This document shows, piece after piece, positions 1 to 9,614 of a stretch of 64,000 bases of DNA. Source of the DNA: an uncultured Acidobacteriota bacterium (GTDB lineage Bacteria; Acidobacteriota; G020349885; CAZDZC01); NCBI GenBank assembly GCA_964509835.1, contig CAZDZC010000002.1, forward strand, positions 4,196-68,195, given 5' to 3'. The notes beneath the pieces are model-generated. The model made no database searches, was not told the DNA's origin, and was given only the letters and a program-made list of their open reading frames with translations. Made by a program: the position numbers and the translations under genes. Each line of letters begins with the position of its first letter. The first letter of the stretch is position 1.

Positions 1-74
1 GAAAGCGTTTTTATCTGTTCTGCGTTGAGCCCTCTGAAAAGAGCAACTTCTTTTACTATGTCAAAATCAAGCAT
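1..74 (-). CDS. Partial 5' end of a cyclic-nucleotide-binding (Crp/Fnr-like) domain protein; the gene runs off the window start
   Basis: The reverse complement of 1-74 reads ATG-MLDFDIVKEVALFRGLNAEQIKTLS, which matches a cNMP-binding N-terminal pattern. AGGAG lies 7 nt upstream on the minus strand. The ORF track omits it because it is truncated. Confidence 0.4.
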   Translation of the reverse strand, partial: MLDFDIVKEVALFRGLNAEQIKTL

Positions 75-154
75 AAGAACTCCTTTTTTTCATAAATGTA
101 TTTTAGCCTTAAATAAGCTTATTGTCCACATCGAAAAGCATCCTTGACACCTAA

Positions 155-183
155 AAGCGCCTTTAGTAAAATTCCCGTTTTAT
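155..183 (+). promoter_or_regulatory. Perfect consensus sigma-70 promoter (TTGACA-17 nt-TAAAAT) in the 440-bp intergenic region upstream of the EF-G-like gene
   Basis: TTGACA lies at 155-160, followed by a 17-nt spacer and TAAAAT at 178-183. The next ORF starts at 513, so the leader is ≥320 nt. Confidence 0.5.
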
Positions 184-512
184 TGATGCGTTTCATGCGG
201 TTTGATCGGATCATATGAGTGCTCCTTAGTGCTTCAGTTGCCAGTGCGATTGGCTCATTTTGATGATAATGCGGATGATATCACAGCATTAAAAAGAATT
301 GGCATTTAAACATTGGAAAACGACCGGGTGACAGCTTATAATATGAAGCTTGCCACCGGCAAAGGAGTGGATATAAGAGAAGTCGTAAAAAACAACCAGG
401 CGGATTTAATCGGTGTTCCGCTGGACATGGATTAATGAAATTGTCGGAGATAATGTTGGAAGGCCATTGTTCCAATTTGAAACGCACATGAGAAGGAATA
501 CAGGAGGATTTA

Positions 513-2603
513 ATGAAGGTATATGAAACTGAAAAGATAAGGAACATAGCTGTTGTCGGCCACGGTGATTCCGGTAAGACATCGGTTCTTTCGACACTGC
601 TTTTCAAGTCGGGGATGGTTAACAGACTTGGGAAAGTGCTGGACAAGAACACAGTAACGGACTTTGATGACGAGGAGAAGGAAAGAGCGATATCTATTTC
701 GGCCGCACTGGCTTTTGCGGAGTGGAAAGACTGTAAAATAAATTTAATTGATACCCCAGGATATGCCGCATTCATAGCCGAAGCCAAAGCCGCGATGAGG
801 GTTGTTGATGCAGCCATGGTCGTTGTTTCAGGAGTTTCAGGAGTGGAGGTTCAGACGGAGAAAGTCTGGCAGTGGGCGGACGAATACGGGCTTCCCCGTA
901 TAATGGTCATGAACCTTATGGACAGAGACAGGGCTGAATACGAAAGGGTAATGAACGATCTTCATGAAAAACTGGCAAGAGAGATTGTTTCCGTTCAGCT
1001 TCCGATAGGTCAGGGGAACTCTTTCAAGGGAGTGGTTGACCTGATCAATATGAAAGGCTACGAATTTGCTGCCGATGAATCAGGAAAATGTCATGAAATT
1101 GAGCTTTCCGGAGACCTGAAGAGTGAAGCAGAAGCTAAACGCTCTGAGCTTGTCGAGATGATCGCCGAGATGGATGACAAACTTATGGAAAAGTATTTTG
1201 AATCAGGTGAGCTGTCAAAAGATGAGATCAGCTCAGGGCTCAAGAAAGGAGTTTTTGAAAAAAACATTTTCCCACTGTTTTTAACATCGGCCTCAAAAAA
1301 TATCGGGGCAGATATGCTGCTTGATGCGGTTGTTGAGCTTCTTCCTTCGCCCGAGGATCTTGGGGAGGTCAAGGCTTTCAAGGCAGACACCCGGGAAGAG
1401 GTTACGGTTCCCCGGAACAGCAGCGCTCCTTTTTCAGCACTGGTATTTAAGACACTTTCTGATCCTTACGCAGGGAAGATAACCCTTTTCAGAATTTATT
1501 CCGGTAAGCTGACAGGCGACGGATCGGTATATAATTCAGTGAGTGACAAAAACGAAAGAATTGGAGGCATATTCTGTATGCAGGGGGTTGAGCATGTATC
1601 CGTCCCTGAAATGAATGCGGGCGACATGGGAGCTACCGCTAAATTGAAAGCGACGGAGACTAACCATACGCTATGTGCCCCGACATCAAAGATTGTCTAT
1701 GAAGGCGTTGACTTTCCGGTGCCGGCGATATCATTCGCCCTTGAACCGAAGTCCAGAGGGGATGAGGAAAAGCTGGGCTCGGCTCTTTCCAGAGTTGCTG
1801 AAGCCGATCCTACGATAAAGGTCCATCGAGATCCGCAGACAAATGAGCTTCTTATCTCCGGTTCCGGCCAGCTTCATGTGGAGGTTATTGTAAGTAAACT
1901 TAAACGGCAGTACGATCTTGAAGTCATACTTCATCCACCGAAAGTACCTTATCTTGAAACGATCAGAAAATCGGTGGAATCCCATCACCGGCACAAGAAA
2001 CAGACCGGAGGCAAAGGCCAGTTCGCGGAAGTTTATATCAAAATTGAACCTCTTCCCAGAGGAGGGGATTTTGAGTTTTCAAATGATATTTTCGGTGGTT
2101 CAGTCCCGGCGCAGTATGTACCGGCAGTTGAAAAAGGCATAAGAGAATCAAAGATCAAAGGCATTCTTTCCGGTAATCCGGTTATTGATTTCAGGGTATC
2201 TCTATATGATGGATCATTCCACGCGGTTGATTCATCGGAAATGGCTTTCAAACTTGCTGCATCCAAGGCTTTCAAAAAAGGAGTTGCCGAAGCTCAACCT
2301 GTTATTCTTGAGCCAATAATGAATGTTGAGATATTCGCGCCAGAAGAGAATATGGGTGATGTGATGGGTGACCTCAACAGCCGCAGGGGAAGAGTTCAGG
2401 GAATGGATTCCCAGGGTTCCCTGCAGGTCATCAAGGCACAGGTGCCCATGGCCGAAATATTATCCTATGCGTCAACCCTCAAATCAATCACCGGAGGAAG
2501 AGGAAATTACACCATGGTATTCAGCCATTATGATGAAGTTCCATTCCAGATACAGGAAAAGATTGTTTCCGAATATAAGGGCGAGGAAGAGGAAGAGGAT
2601 TAA
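513..2603 (+). CDS. Elongation factor G family translational GTPase (EF-G paralog)
   Basis: G1 motif AVVGHGDSGKTS, DTPG, domains II to V (RGRVQGMDSQ...), and an acidic C-terminal tail. 696 aa, with RBS AGGAGG. Confidence 0.85.
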   Translation: MKVYETEKIRNIAVVGHGDSGKTSVLSTLLFKSGMVNRLGKVLDKNTVTDFDDEEKERAISISAALAFAEWKDCKINLIDTPGYAAFIAEAKAAMRVVDAAMVVVSGVSGVEVQTEKVWQWADEYGLPRIMVMNLMDRDRAEYERVMNDLHEKLAREIVSVQLPIGQGNSFKGVVDLINMKGYEFAADESGKCHEIELSGDLKSEAEAKRSELVEMIAEMDDKLMEKYFESGELSKDEISSGLKKGVFEKNIFPLFLTSASKNIGADMLLDAVVELLPSPEDLGEVKAFKADTREEVTVPRNSSAPFSALVFKTLSDPYAGKITLFRIYSGKLTGDGSVYNSVSDKNERIGGIFCMQGVEHVSVPEMNAGDMGATAKLKATETNHTLCAPTSKIVYEGVDFPVPAISFALEPKSRGDEEKLGSALSRVAEADPTIKVHRDPQTNELLISGSGQLHVEVIVSKLKRQYDLEVILHPPKVPYLETIRKSVESHHRHKKQTGGKGQFAEVYIKIEPLPRGGDFEFSNDIFGGSVPAQYVPAVEKGIRESKIKGILSGNPVIDFRVSLYDGSFHAVDSSEMAFKLAASKAFKKGVAEAQPVILEPIMNVEIFAPEENMGDVMGDLNSRRGRVQGMDSQGSLQVIKAQVPMAEILSYASTLKSITGGRGNYTMVFSHYDEVPFQIQEKIVSEYKGEEEEED

Positions 2604-2625
2604 CATCATCAAAGAGTTATCCATG

Positions 2626-2665
2626 AAAAGGCCGGCTGTTAAGGACAGACCGGCCTTTCTTTTTA
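2626..2665 (+). terminator. Rho-independent terminator after the EF-G-like gene
   Basis: aaaaggccggctgt...acagaccggccttt stem followed by tcttttt. Confidence 0.5.
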
Positions 2666-2681
2666 ATGATAGAGGGTTGTC

Positions 2682-4574
2682 ATGAACAAATATTTCGGAA
2701 AAGATGGGCTGCTTTCAAAAAAGCTGGGAAGCTATGAGTATCGTCCAAGCCAGCTCAGAATGGCAGAAGCCGTGAATGACATCCTTACAAGCAGAGGGGT
2801 TCTACTTGCTGAAGCGGAGACGGGAATAGGTAAAACACTTGCCTATCTCGTTCCGATAGCGCTCAGCGGAAGAAGGGTTGTTGTTTCAACAGGAACAAAA
2901 AATCTTCAGGAACAGCTTTTCAGGAAAGATATTCCTCTTGTTGAAAAAATCATGGGGAAAAAACTGAAGAGCTGCTGTATAAAGGGTCGGCGAAACTATC
3001 TCTGCCTTTTGCGTTACGCGGAGACAGGCAGACATCTGCTGCCTGAACTGAAATTCGATGAGGAGCAGTTAAACGCAGTAAAAAAATGGCTTGGGAAAAC
3101 TGTAACCGGCGATATAGAAGAAGCCGAAGGGGTTCCCGAGAATTCATCTTTGTGGCGTTATCTGACGGTGGAAAGTGATGCCTGTTTGGGCTCAAGATGT
3201 TCCTATTTCGAAAAATGTTTTGTGACAAAAATAAGACAGAAGGCAATGGAATCAGACATTGTTGTTGTTAACCATCACCTTTATTTTTCAGATCTTGCGG
3301 TGCGAAGGAGCGGTTTCGGTGAAGTCATCCCTGAACATTATGTGGCTGTTTTTGATGAGGCTCATGTGCTTGAGAAAGTTGCGACCGGGTTTTTCGGTGT
3401 GACTGTAAGCAGTGGGAGGATATCTTCGCTTTTATCTGATGTTCAGCGGGGGTTTCCGGTTATAGACAATAACTGCCTGAATGCGATTTCTGTCGTGAAG
3501 AACAGCAGTGCGAAAGTATTTGAACTGCTTAAAGGATATCCTTCAGGCAGCCATTCTCTTAAGCCTTTTGCGAAAGAGTTGCAACATGAAGCTTCAGGGC
3601 TTGAGGCAGAACTTGAAAGGCTGAAGAAGAATATTGCAAATATTGACGGTGAAAAGGCGGTTATTGATGTGTTTTCTGAAAGATGTTCCTCAATTGCACA
3701 CGATATAAGTTTTATTGCTTCAATGAAAGACAGTTCTTTTGTTTACTGGTTTGAAACCGGAATAAGAACCGCTACATTAAAGGCCTCTCCCATTAATGTT
3801 GCCTCACTGCTCAAGGAGAGTCTGTTTAACGGGGATAAAACCCTGATATTGACCTCTGCCACAATTTCTGTTGAAGGAAAGTTTAATTTTCTGGAAAATC
3901 GGCTGGGAATCGAAGACGCTGAAAAGATAAGGCTTAAATCACTGTTCGACTACAGTACTCAGGCGATGCTTTATTTGCCTGCGAAGATGCCTGAGCCAAA
4001 CAGCGGAAATTTCCGAGAAAGTCTTTATGGCGAAATAATCGCTATTCTGAATGTGGCAAAAGGGGGTGTTTTTCTGCTTTTCACAAGTTTTGAAAACCTT
4101 AACTATGTGTACGAAAGACTTTCCGGTGAAAGCTCTTTTACCCTTTTCAAACAGGGGGACATTTCAAAGAGCATCCTTCTGGATAATTTCAAAAAAAGTC
4201 TGAACGGTGTGCTTTTAGGGACTTTCAGCTTTTGGGAAGGCGTAGATGTTCAGGGGGAAGCTCTTAAGTGTGTTGTAATAGACAGGCTTCCCTTTGAAGT
4301 TCCTTCTGATCCTGTTGTAGCAGCGCGGTCGGAATTTCTGAAAAAATCAGGGGCCAATCCTTTCACCGAGTACCAGCTCCCGCAGGCTGCGATTCTACTG
4401 AAGCAGGGATTAGGCCGACTGATAAGAAGCAAAAGCGACAGAGGCCTTCTTGCGGTTCTGGATCCTAGGATACTGACAAAACATTACGGGAAGGTATTCA
4501 TGAACACAATCCCACGGTCTCCAGTGATAAGAAGTTTGGAAAAAGCTACCCCCCTTCTCATGAAAAACATGTGA
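2682..4574 (+). CDS. dinG: ATP-dependent DNA helicase, DinG/Rad3 family (Fe-S helicase)
   Basis: Walker A ETGIGKT, DEAH box VFDEAHVLE, a four-cysteine cluster (CCIKGRRNYLC...CLGSRCSYFEKC), and C-terminal helicase motifs. Confidence 0.8.
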   Translation: MNKYFGKDGLLSKKLGSYEYRPSQLRMAEAVNDILTSRGVLLAEAETGIGKTLAYLVPIALSGRRVVVSTGTKNLQEQLFRKDIPLVEKIMGKKLKSCCIKGRRNYLCLLRYAETGRHLLPELKFDEEQLNAVKKWLGKTVTGDIEEAEGVPENSSLWRYLTVESDACLGSRCSYFEKCFVTKIRQKAMESDIVVVNHHLYFSDLAVRRSGFGEVIPEHYVAVFDEAHVLEKVATGFFGVTVSSGRISSLLSDVQRGFPVIDNNCLNAISVVKNSSAKVFELLKGYPSGSHSLKPFAKELQHEASGLEAELERLKKNIANIDGEKAVIDVFSERCSSIAHDISFIASMKDSSFVYWFETGIRTATLKASPINVASLLKESLFNGDKTLILTSATISVEGKFNFLENRLGIEDAEKIRLKSLFDYSTQAMLYLPAKMPEPNSGNFRESLYGEIIAILNVAKGGVFLLFTSFENLNYVYERLSGESSFTLFKQGDISKSILLDNFKKSLNGVLLGTFSFWEGVDVQGEALKCVVIDRLPFEVPSDPVVAARSEFLKKSGANPFTEYQLPQAAILLKQGLGRLIRSKSDRGLLAVLDPRILTKHYGKVFMNTIPRSPVIRSLEKATPLLMKNM

Positions 4575-4662
4575 ATGAATTTTTGTGTTTTTTTGTTTCA
4601 TCCTGGAATAAACGAACCGGAATATTGTTTCAGAAGTGTAACTGATAACACCTCTTTTATCC

Positions 4663-4726
4663 TACTCTACGCTTCGTAGAGTACCCCGCTATCCGGCCTC
4701 CAGTGGTGGCGGGGTGTTTTTATTTT
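4663..4726. terminator. Two tandem hairpins between the convergent dinG and larB genes; the second is followed by a T-run
   Basis: tactctacg-ctt-cgtagagta forms a 9-bp stem. ccccgc...gcgggg is followed by tgtttttatttt. Confidence 0.5.
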
Positions 4727-5475
4727 CCAGATCTTAATATTTGTGCCGCAGCATAACCTGCACCGAAACCGTTGTCAATATTAACGGTAACAACACCGGA
4801 GGAACAACTGTTCAACATTGCCAGAAGGGCGGCAAGCCCTCCGAAACTTGCTCCGTAACCAACGCTTGTGGGCACCGCAATAACTGGGACATCAACCAGG
4901 CCGCCCACAACGCTGGGGAGGGCTCCTTCCATTCCTGCCACCGCAATAACAACACCGGCATTTTTAAGCATATCTCTGTTCATCAGCAGACGATGGATGC
5001 CTGCAACCCCTGCATCATATATTTTCACGACATCGCAGCCCATTATAAGGGCCGTTTCAGCGGCTTCTTCCGCAACCGAGATGTCGGTAGTTCCTCCGGT
5101 AGCAATTGCCACTACACCTAAGGGTTTTTCAGGTTGCTTTTTTTTAAGGGTAATTGTCCGAGCGACCTTATTGAATACTGCTTCAGGATGTGTGTCTCTG
5201 ACTGCATTATAGGCATCAACATCCGTTCTGGTTATGAGAACGCACGGGTTATTGCTGAAAATTTTTGAAGTTATTTTAAGGATCTGTTCCGGTGTTTTAC
5301 CCTGTCCGAATACCACTTCAGGGAATCCTTTTCTGATTGACCTGTGTGTGTCAACCTTAATTTCCTCTCCTATTGAAGAGAAGGGAAAATCCTTGAGAGC
5401 CTCAATCGTCTGTTCAACGCTTGCCTTTCCTTCGGAGAGCTCCAAGAGTATTCTTTCGAGTTCTGATTTTTCCAT
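4720..5475 (-). CDS. larB: LarB-like nickel-pincer cofactor biosynthesis protein (PurE-like carboxylase/hydrolase domain)
   Basis: C-terminal PurE-like fold (VVAIATGGTTDISVAEEAAE...GMEGALPSVVGGLVDVPVIAVPTSVGYGAS) plus a LarB-type N-terminal domain. 251 aa. Confidence 0.65.
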   Translation of the reverse strand: MEKSELERILLELSEGKASVEQTIEALKDFPFSSIGEEIKVDTHRSIRKGFPEVVFGQGKTPEQILKITSKIFSNNPCVLITRTDVDAYNAVRDTHPEAVFNKVARTITLKKKQPEKPLGVVAIATGGTTDISVAEEAAETALIMGCDVVKIYDAGVAGIHRLLMNRDMLKNAGVVIAVAGMEGALPSVVGGLVDVPVIAVPTSVGYGASFGGLAALLAMLNSCSSGVVTVNIDNGFGAGYAAAQILRSGK

Positions 5476-5564
5476 ATTGCATCCTTCTTGACTATGATCC
5501 GCAGGAATACTAACATACCGGCGTTGTGCTTAAAAGCAAATTTATTGATACAGCATTCTGAATT

Positions 5565-7328
5565 ATGAAATACAAATACGGCGGAATTCCGCAAAAATAC
5601 TCCTTCTATATTGTGGGCGCCATAATGGTGCTGACTCCGCTCGTTTATATTCCAGGCAAGGCTGATCCCGGAATAAACACTTTTCTGAAATGGCTGGTTT
5701 TCGCTGTCCTGTCTGTTGCCTCTTTTTCACTTTGGGCTGGAAAAATGAAGCTACCTGACATCAGAAGGGCTGATCTTCCGGAATTGTCGGTTTTTTTTCT
5801 GCTTGCAACAAGTTTTATATCCTTTGTTTTCTCGTTTGAAAGAGGCACAAGCAGTGAGCATATTCTCAGGCTGGTGCTTCTCTGGATTTTTTCCGTCACG
5901 GTTTCAAGAATAAGAATATCCAATCTGGAAAGGATTCTGAACGGATTGATGATTATAGCGCTGGTGCTTTCGTTTCTCGGGATATTTCTTGCCGCGGGAA
6001 TCGACCCTCTTCTTCTCGGGCCTGAAAGTCTTCGCGGGATAGCTCTGACTTTTCCCAGCGGCAGCACTCTCGGGGCTTTTCTTCTGTTTCCGCTGGCTGT
6101 TACCCTGAATGCAACTGTTTCTAAAGAGAACCAGGGAGAAAGGGTTCTCTACGCTGTTTTCAGCGTGACGATTCTGACCTGTATTTTCCTTACAAAGAGC
6201 CGTTCAGCATGGATGGGAACAGGAGCAGTTCTGATAGTTTCAATTCTTTTTCATCTGATGAAAAGCCGGAAGGTAAATTTGCGCAATTGCCTGATATCGG
6301 TGTTTCTAGTTCTTTTAATTTCGGTTATTGCTGTTTTCGGGACGATTAAAAGTCTTGACAATGTTTCTGCCGTCACCGAGAACAGGATTGTAGCTGAAAG
6401 AATGATGCATTTTGAAAACGCTCTTCTTTTGGCTTCGGAAAAGCCTGTTACGGGTTGGGGGCCGGGTGTTTACGGACTGTCATCTTCGAAATACAAAGGA
6501 CAGCTTATCAATAAACCTGCTTACAAGAGTGCGGACAGCGGTGCCGGGCACGCGTACAATGACCCGATGGAAATTCTGGCAGATCAGGGAATGTTGGGCC
6601 TAACAGGCTATATTCTTGTCTTGGGATCTATATTCATTTTCTCTTTCAAGGGAAGCGACCGTTTCTTTTTCTCCAAGATTGCATCTGGAATGGCGGGTCT
6701 GGTAGTTTTCAGCCTGTTCCATTTTACAGTTTCGTTGCCACTTCCGTCAGTATATTTGTGGTTTTCGATAGGCGCGATAATATCAGGCAGGAAAAAAACC
6801 ATTTTCGATTTTTCAGGATCATTCACTCTGAAAAGAACACTTATTCCGTTGTTTCTTGTAATAATGCTTGCTTTATGGATAACACCAATGGTTCGATCTA
6901 CTTATTATTTCCATTCAGGAAGTTATTTTCTTACTGAAGAAGACTACTTGGCTGCATCGTCCTGTTTTGCTAAAGCTGCCGATATCAAGCCGTGGTTTTT
7001 TCAGGCACACAATAACCTGGGAATTATTTACATGCGTGAAAGAAATTTCACTGCCGCGATTAAGGAATTTAACAGGGCATTGGAGATTGCCCCCTATGAA
7101 GACAGGATTCATTTCAGCATTGGTTATTGTTTCGCAAATCTCAGGAGATTTGACGAAGCTGCTCTGTCATTTGAGGCCTCTTTGCAGTATAATCCAAGGA
7201 ACCGGAGGGCTTATTTTATGCTGAGAGATATATACAGCAGGACTGGTGAAAAGGATAAACTTCTGGTGCTGGCGGACAAGGCTGCAAAGCAGAACATTAA
7301 TATTACGATTATCGAGGAAAAAAAATGA
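5565..7328 (+). CDS. Polytopic membrane protein with an O-antigen-ligase-like (Wzy_C) core and C-terminal TPR repeats
   Basis: About 10 predicted TM helices. C-terminal TPR-like repeats (AHNNLGIIYMRERNFTAAIKEFNRALEIAP...). Stop overlaps the phzF start. Confidence 0.6.
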   Translation: MKYKYGGIPQKYSFYIVGAIMVLTPLVYIPGKADPGINTFLKWLVFAVLSVASFSLWAGKMKLPDIRRADLPELSVFFLLATSFISFVFSFERGTSSEHILRLVLLWIFSVTVSRIRISNLERILNGLMIIALVLSFLGIFLAAGIDPLLLGPESLRGIALTFPSGSTLGAFLLFPLAVTLNATVSKENQGERVLYAVFSVTILTCIFLTKSRSAWMGTGAVLIVSILFHLMKSRKVNLRNCLISVFLVLLISVIAVFGTIKSLDNVSAVTENRIVAERMMHFENALLLASEKPVTGWGPGVYGLSSSKYKGQLINKPAYKSADSGAGHAYNDPMEILADQGMLGLTGYILVLGSIFIFSFKGSDRFFFSKIASGMAGLVVFSLFHFTVSLPLPSVYLWFSIGAIISGRKKTIFDFSGSFTLKRTLIPLFLVIMLALWITPMVRSTYYFHSGSYFLTEEDYLAASSCFAKAADIKPWFFQAHNNLGIIYMRERNFTAAIKEFNRALEIAPYEDRIHFSIGYCFANLRRFDEAALSFEASLQYNPRNRRAYFMLRDIYSRTGEKDKLLVLADKAAKQNINITIIEEKK

Positions 7329-8236
7329 GCAGATACAGCTTTTTACAGATAGATGTGTTTTCGGATGTTCCCTTCGGGGGGAATCCTCTGGCTGTTTTTA
7401 CCGAAGCTGCAGGTTTGGGAACGGTGGAGATGCAGAAAGTTGCGAGAGAGATGAATCTGTCTGAAACAGTGTTTATTTTAACACCGGAACACCCTGACGC
7501 AGATTTTAAGGTCCGGATTTTTACTCCGCTCGAAGAAATACCTTTTGCAGGACATCCGATTATAGGAGCTGCTCATGCAATTGTCGAAAAAGAAATGGTT
7601 CGGAAGCCGTCACCCAAAGTTAATATCCGTTTTGAACTCAATGTGGGGATAGTTCTGGTTGAAGTCGAAGGCGAGGATGAAAAGGAAAGAAAAATAACGA
7701 TGCATCAGCGCCTTCCTCATTTTATGGAATGTCCCGCTGACAATTCTCTTATTGCGTCAGTTCTCGGGGTTGATGAAGAACGGATTGCCCAGACAAGGCT
7801 CCCGGTTGAAATTGTGTCAACGGGCCTTCCCTTCATACTTGTTCCGGTTGACCGTCTTGAAGCATTAGAAGAGCTTGAGATCAATTACCCTCTGATAAAT
7901 CAGAACCGTGAGATTCTTGGCGACCTGCCTTATGCGATATTTACGCGCGAAACTGTTGACGCCACAACATTTCTTCATGTCAGGGTTTTTGCCTCGAATT
8001 ACGGTATTCCGGAAGACCCGGTGACCGGAAGCGCGGCGGGATGCTTGGGTGCCTATCTTGTCAAGCACGGAATAATCAAATCGGGGATGCCATTTATTAT
8101 TGAACAGGGACTGGAAGCGGGAAGACCCGGCAAGGTGGAAGTAGAGGTCAGGGAAAAGGACGGAACAATATCCGATGTCCTGGTTAGCGGAAAAGCAGTG
8201 ACTATTTTAGATGGAGCAATTAAGTTTTACCGATGA
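7325..8236 (+). CDS. PhzF family phenazine-biosynthesis-like isomerase
   Basis: N-terminal FLQIDVFSDVPFGGNPLAVF. 303 aa, a DAP-epimerase-like two-domain length. Confidence 0.8.
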   Translation: MSRYSFLQIDVFSDVPFGGNPLAVFTEAAGLGTVEMQKVAREMNLSETVFILTPEHPDADFKVRIFTPLEEIPFAGHPIIGAAHAIVEKEMVRKPSPKVNIRFELNVGIVLVEVEGEDEKERKITMHQRLPHFMECPADNSLIASVLGVDEERIAQTRLPVEIVSTGLPFILVPVDRLEALEELEINYPLINQNREILGDLPYAIFTRETVDATTFLHVRVFASNYGIPEDPVTGSAAGCLGAYLVKHGIIKSGMPFIIEQGLEAGRPGKVEVEVREKDGTISDVLVSGKAVTILDGAIKFYR

Positions 8237-9612
8237 GAAAAGTATTCTTTCTGATGTTTTTGACTGGGGTTGTCTTCTTTGCAAGTTGCGACAGAAGTGT
8301 GGAGAAATCACTTTGGTTTGTTGATCAGGCATTGATAATCAAGGATGAGGATGCGCGCGTTCTGGAGGAAGCCGGGGTGGAAAGGTTCATCATTAAAAGC
8401 GGCGCAATTAATATGGACAAATCGGGTTTCAGGCTTGAGCCAACCCTTATGATGATGCAGGTTCCCGAAAACAGTTTTGAATGGTTTTCGGGATATGAAA
8501 TAACAAAAGGATTCGGAAGAATATTCAACACCCTGGATCTTGATGAGCTGGCTGATTTTATGCATGAAGCAATCGAAGAAGAGTTAGTTTATTTCAGCAA
8601 GTCACACATAGAGCTTTCAGGGTTCGTTTTTGTGTGTGACAGTGAATTTGATATTTCAGAAAAGTTTGCGGATTTTATGAAGATCATGAGGGAAAAAACT
8701 GATGCGAAATATGGGCTTTTCTGTTCGGTTAAAGGAAAATGGGCGGGGACTGAGGGCTATTCAAAGCTGGCAAAAATATGCGGCAAAGTATATTTGATTC
8801 CTTTCAACAGTGAGATTATTCCATATCTGGAAAAAGCCGGGCCTAGGCTTCTCCTGGATGATTATAACCATTCCTTCGTTCCGGAAAAAAATTCGGCCGT
8901 TCCAGTGACCCCGTTTCAGGGGATGTGGTATGCGCATAACAACTCAGGATGGCTAACGGGAATAATAAGAGGTCTTTCCCCGGACGCGATATTTGAGGGA
9001 TATCCTTCGGAAATCAGGGATATCAGGCGAACTGACGAAGGAGAAGAATTGGTGACGGTTGAACTTCTCGCCGATATGGAAATATTTAAAAACAAATGGG
9101 TTGCAGGCAGCATGGTTCTGATTGACCGTCTTCCGTTCAAAACAATCAGGGACAGGATTTTGTCATCGGCAGCTGCAGGGTGCAGTATATATTCTCTTCC
9201 TCCTGAGGGAGGCGTAAATCCTATCGTAAACATTCTGAAGGATGACATCCGTCTTGATCCTGCCTGTGAAATTACAGTTGCAGAAAAAGGAGGCGGAAGG
9301 ACAGGGTTCAGAGTAAGACTTGAAAACAAAGGGGGAGGCGAATCAATGATTTCGGGAGCCTACAATATTGTTATTAAGATTACTGGAGGTTCGGTTGTTT
9401 TCCACGATAGGGGAAATTTTGAAAAAATAAGAGTTTCTGATGGCGTTATTGAGCTGTCGGAATTTTATCTTGGCCCCCGGGAAGTATGTGAAAGTGGAAT
9501 TATAACGGTGGAGCAGACCGGTAGCGATAAACCGAAAGCGGACCTTTCTGTTGATCTTGCGGGTTACAGCGGAGAAAAATACAGCATCTCAGAAAAATAT
9601 ATACTGGAATAA
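8233..9612 (+). CDS. Hypothetical lipoprotein
   Basis: Signal peptide with lipobox FFASC. No recognisable domain. ATGA overlap with phzF. Confidence 0.55.
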   Translation: MRKVFFLMFLTGVVFFASCDRSVEKSLWFVDQALIIKDEDARVLEEAGVERFIIKSGAINMDKSGFRLEPTLMMMQVPENSFEWFSGYEITKGFGRIFNTLDLDELADFMHEAIEEELVYFSKSHIELSGFVFVCDSEFDISEKFADFMKIMREKTDAKYGLFCSVKGKWAGTEGYSKLAKICGKVYLIPFNSEIIPYLEKAGPRLLLDDYNHSFVPEKNSAVPVTPFQGMWYAHNNSGWLTGIIRGLSPDAIFEGYPSEIRDIRRTDEGEELVTVELLADMEIFKNKWVAGSMVLIDRLPFKTIRDRILSSAAAGCSIYSLPPEGGVNPIVNILKDDIRLDPACEITVAEKGGGRTGFRVRLENKGGGESMISGAYNIVIKITGGSVVFHDRGNFEKIRVSDGVIELSEFYLGPREVCESGIITVEQTGSDKPKADLSVDLAGYSGEKYSISEKYILE

Positions 9613-9614
9613 CG

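Noticed and set aside
281-817. 178-aa minus-strand ORF overlapping the EF-G-like gene start
   Set aside because: Antisense to a strongly supported gene and its RBS. Low-complexity translation with no start or RBS support.
2368-2685. 105-aa plus-strand ORF overlapping the EF-G 3' end and terminator
   Set aside because: Out-of-frame overlap with a strongly supported gene. It spans the terminator hairpin.
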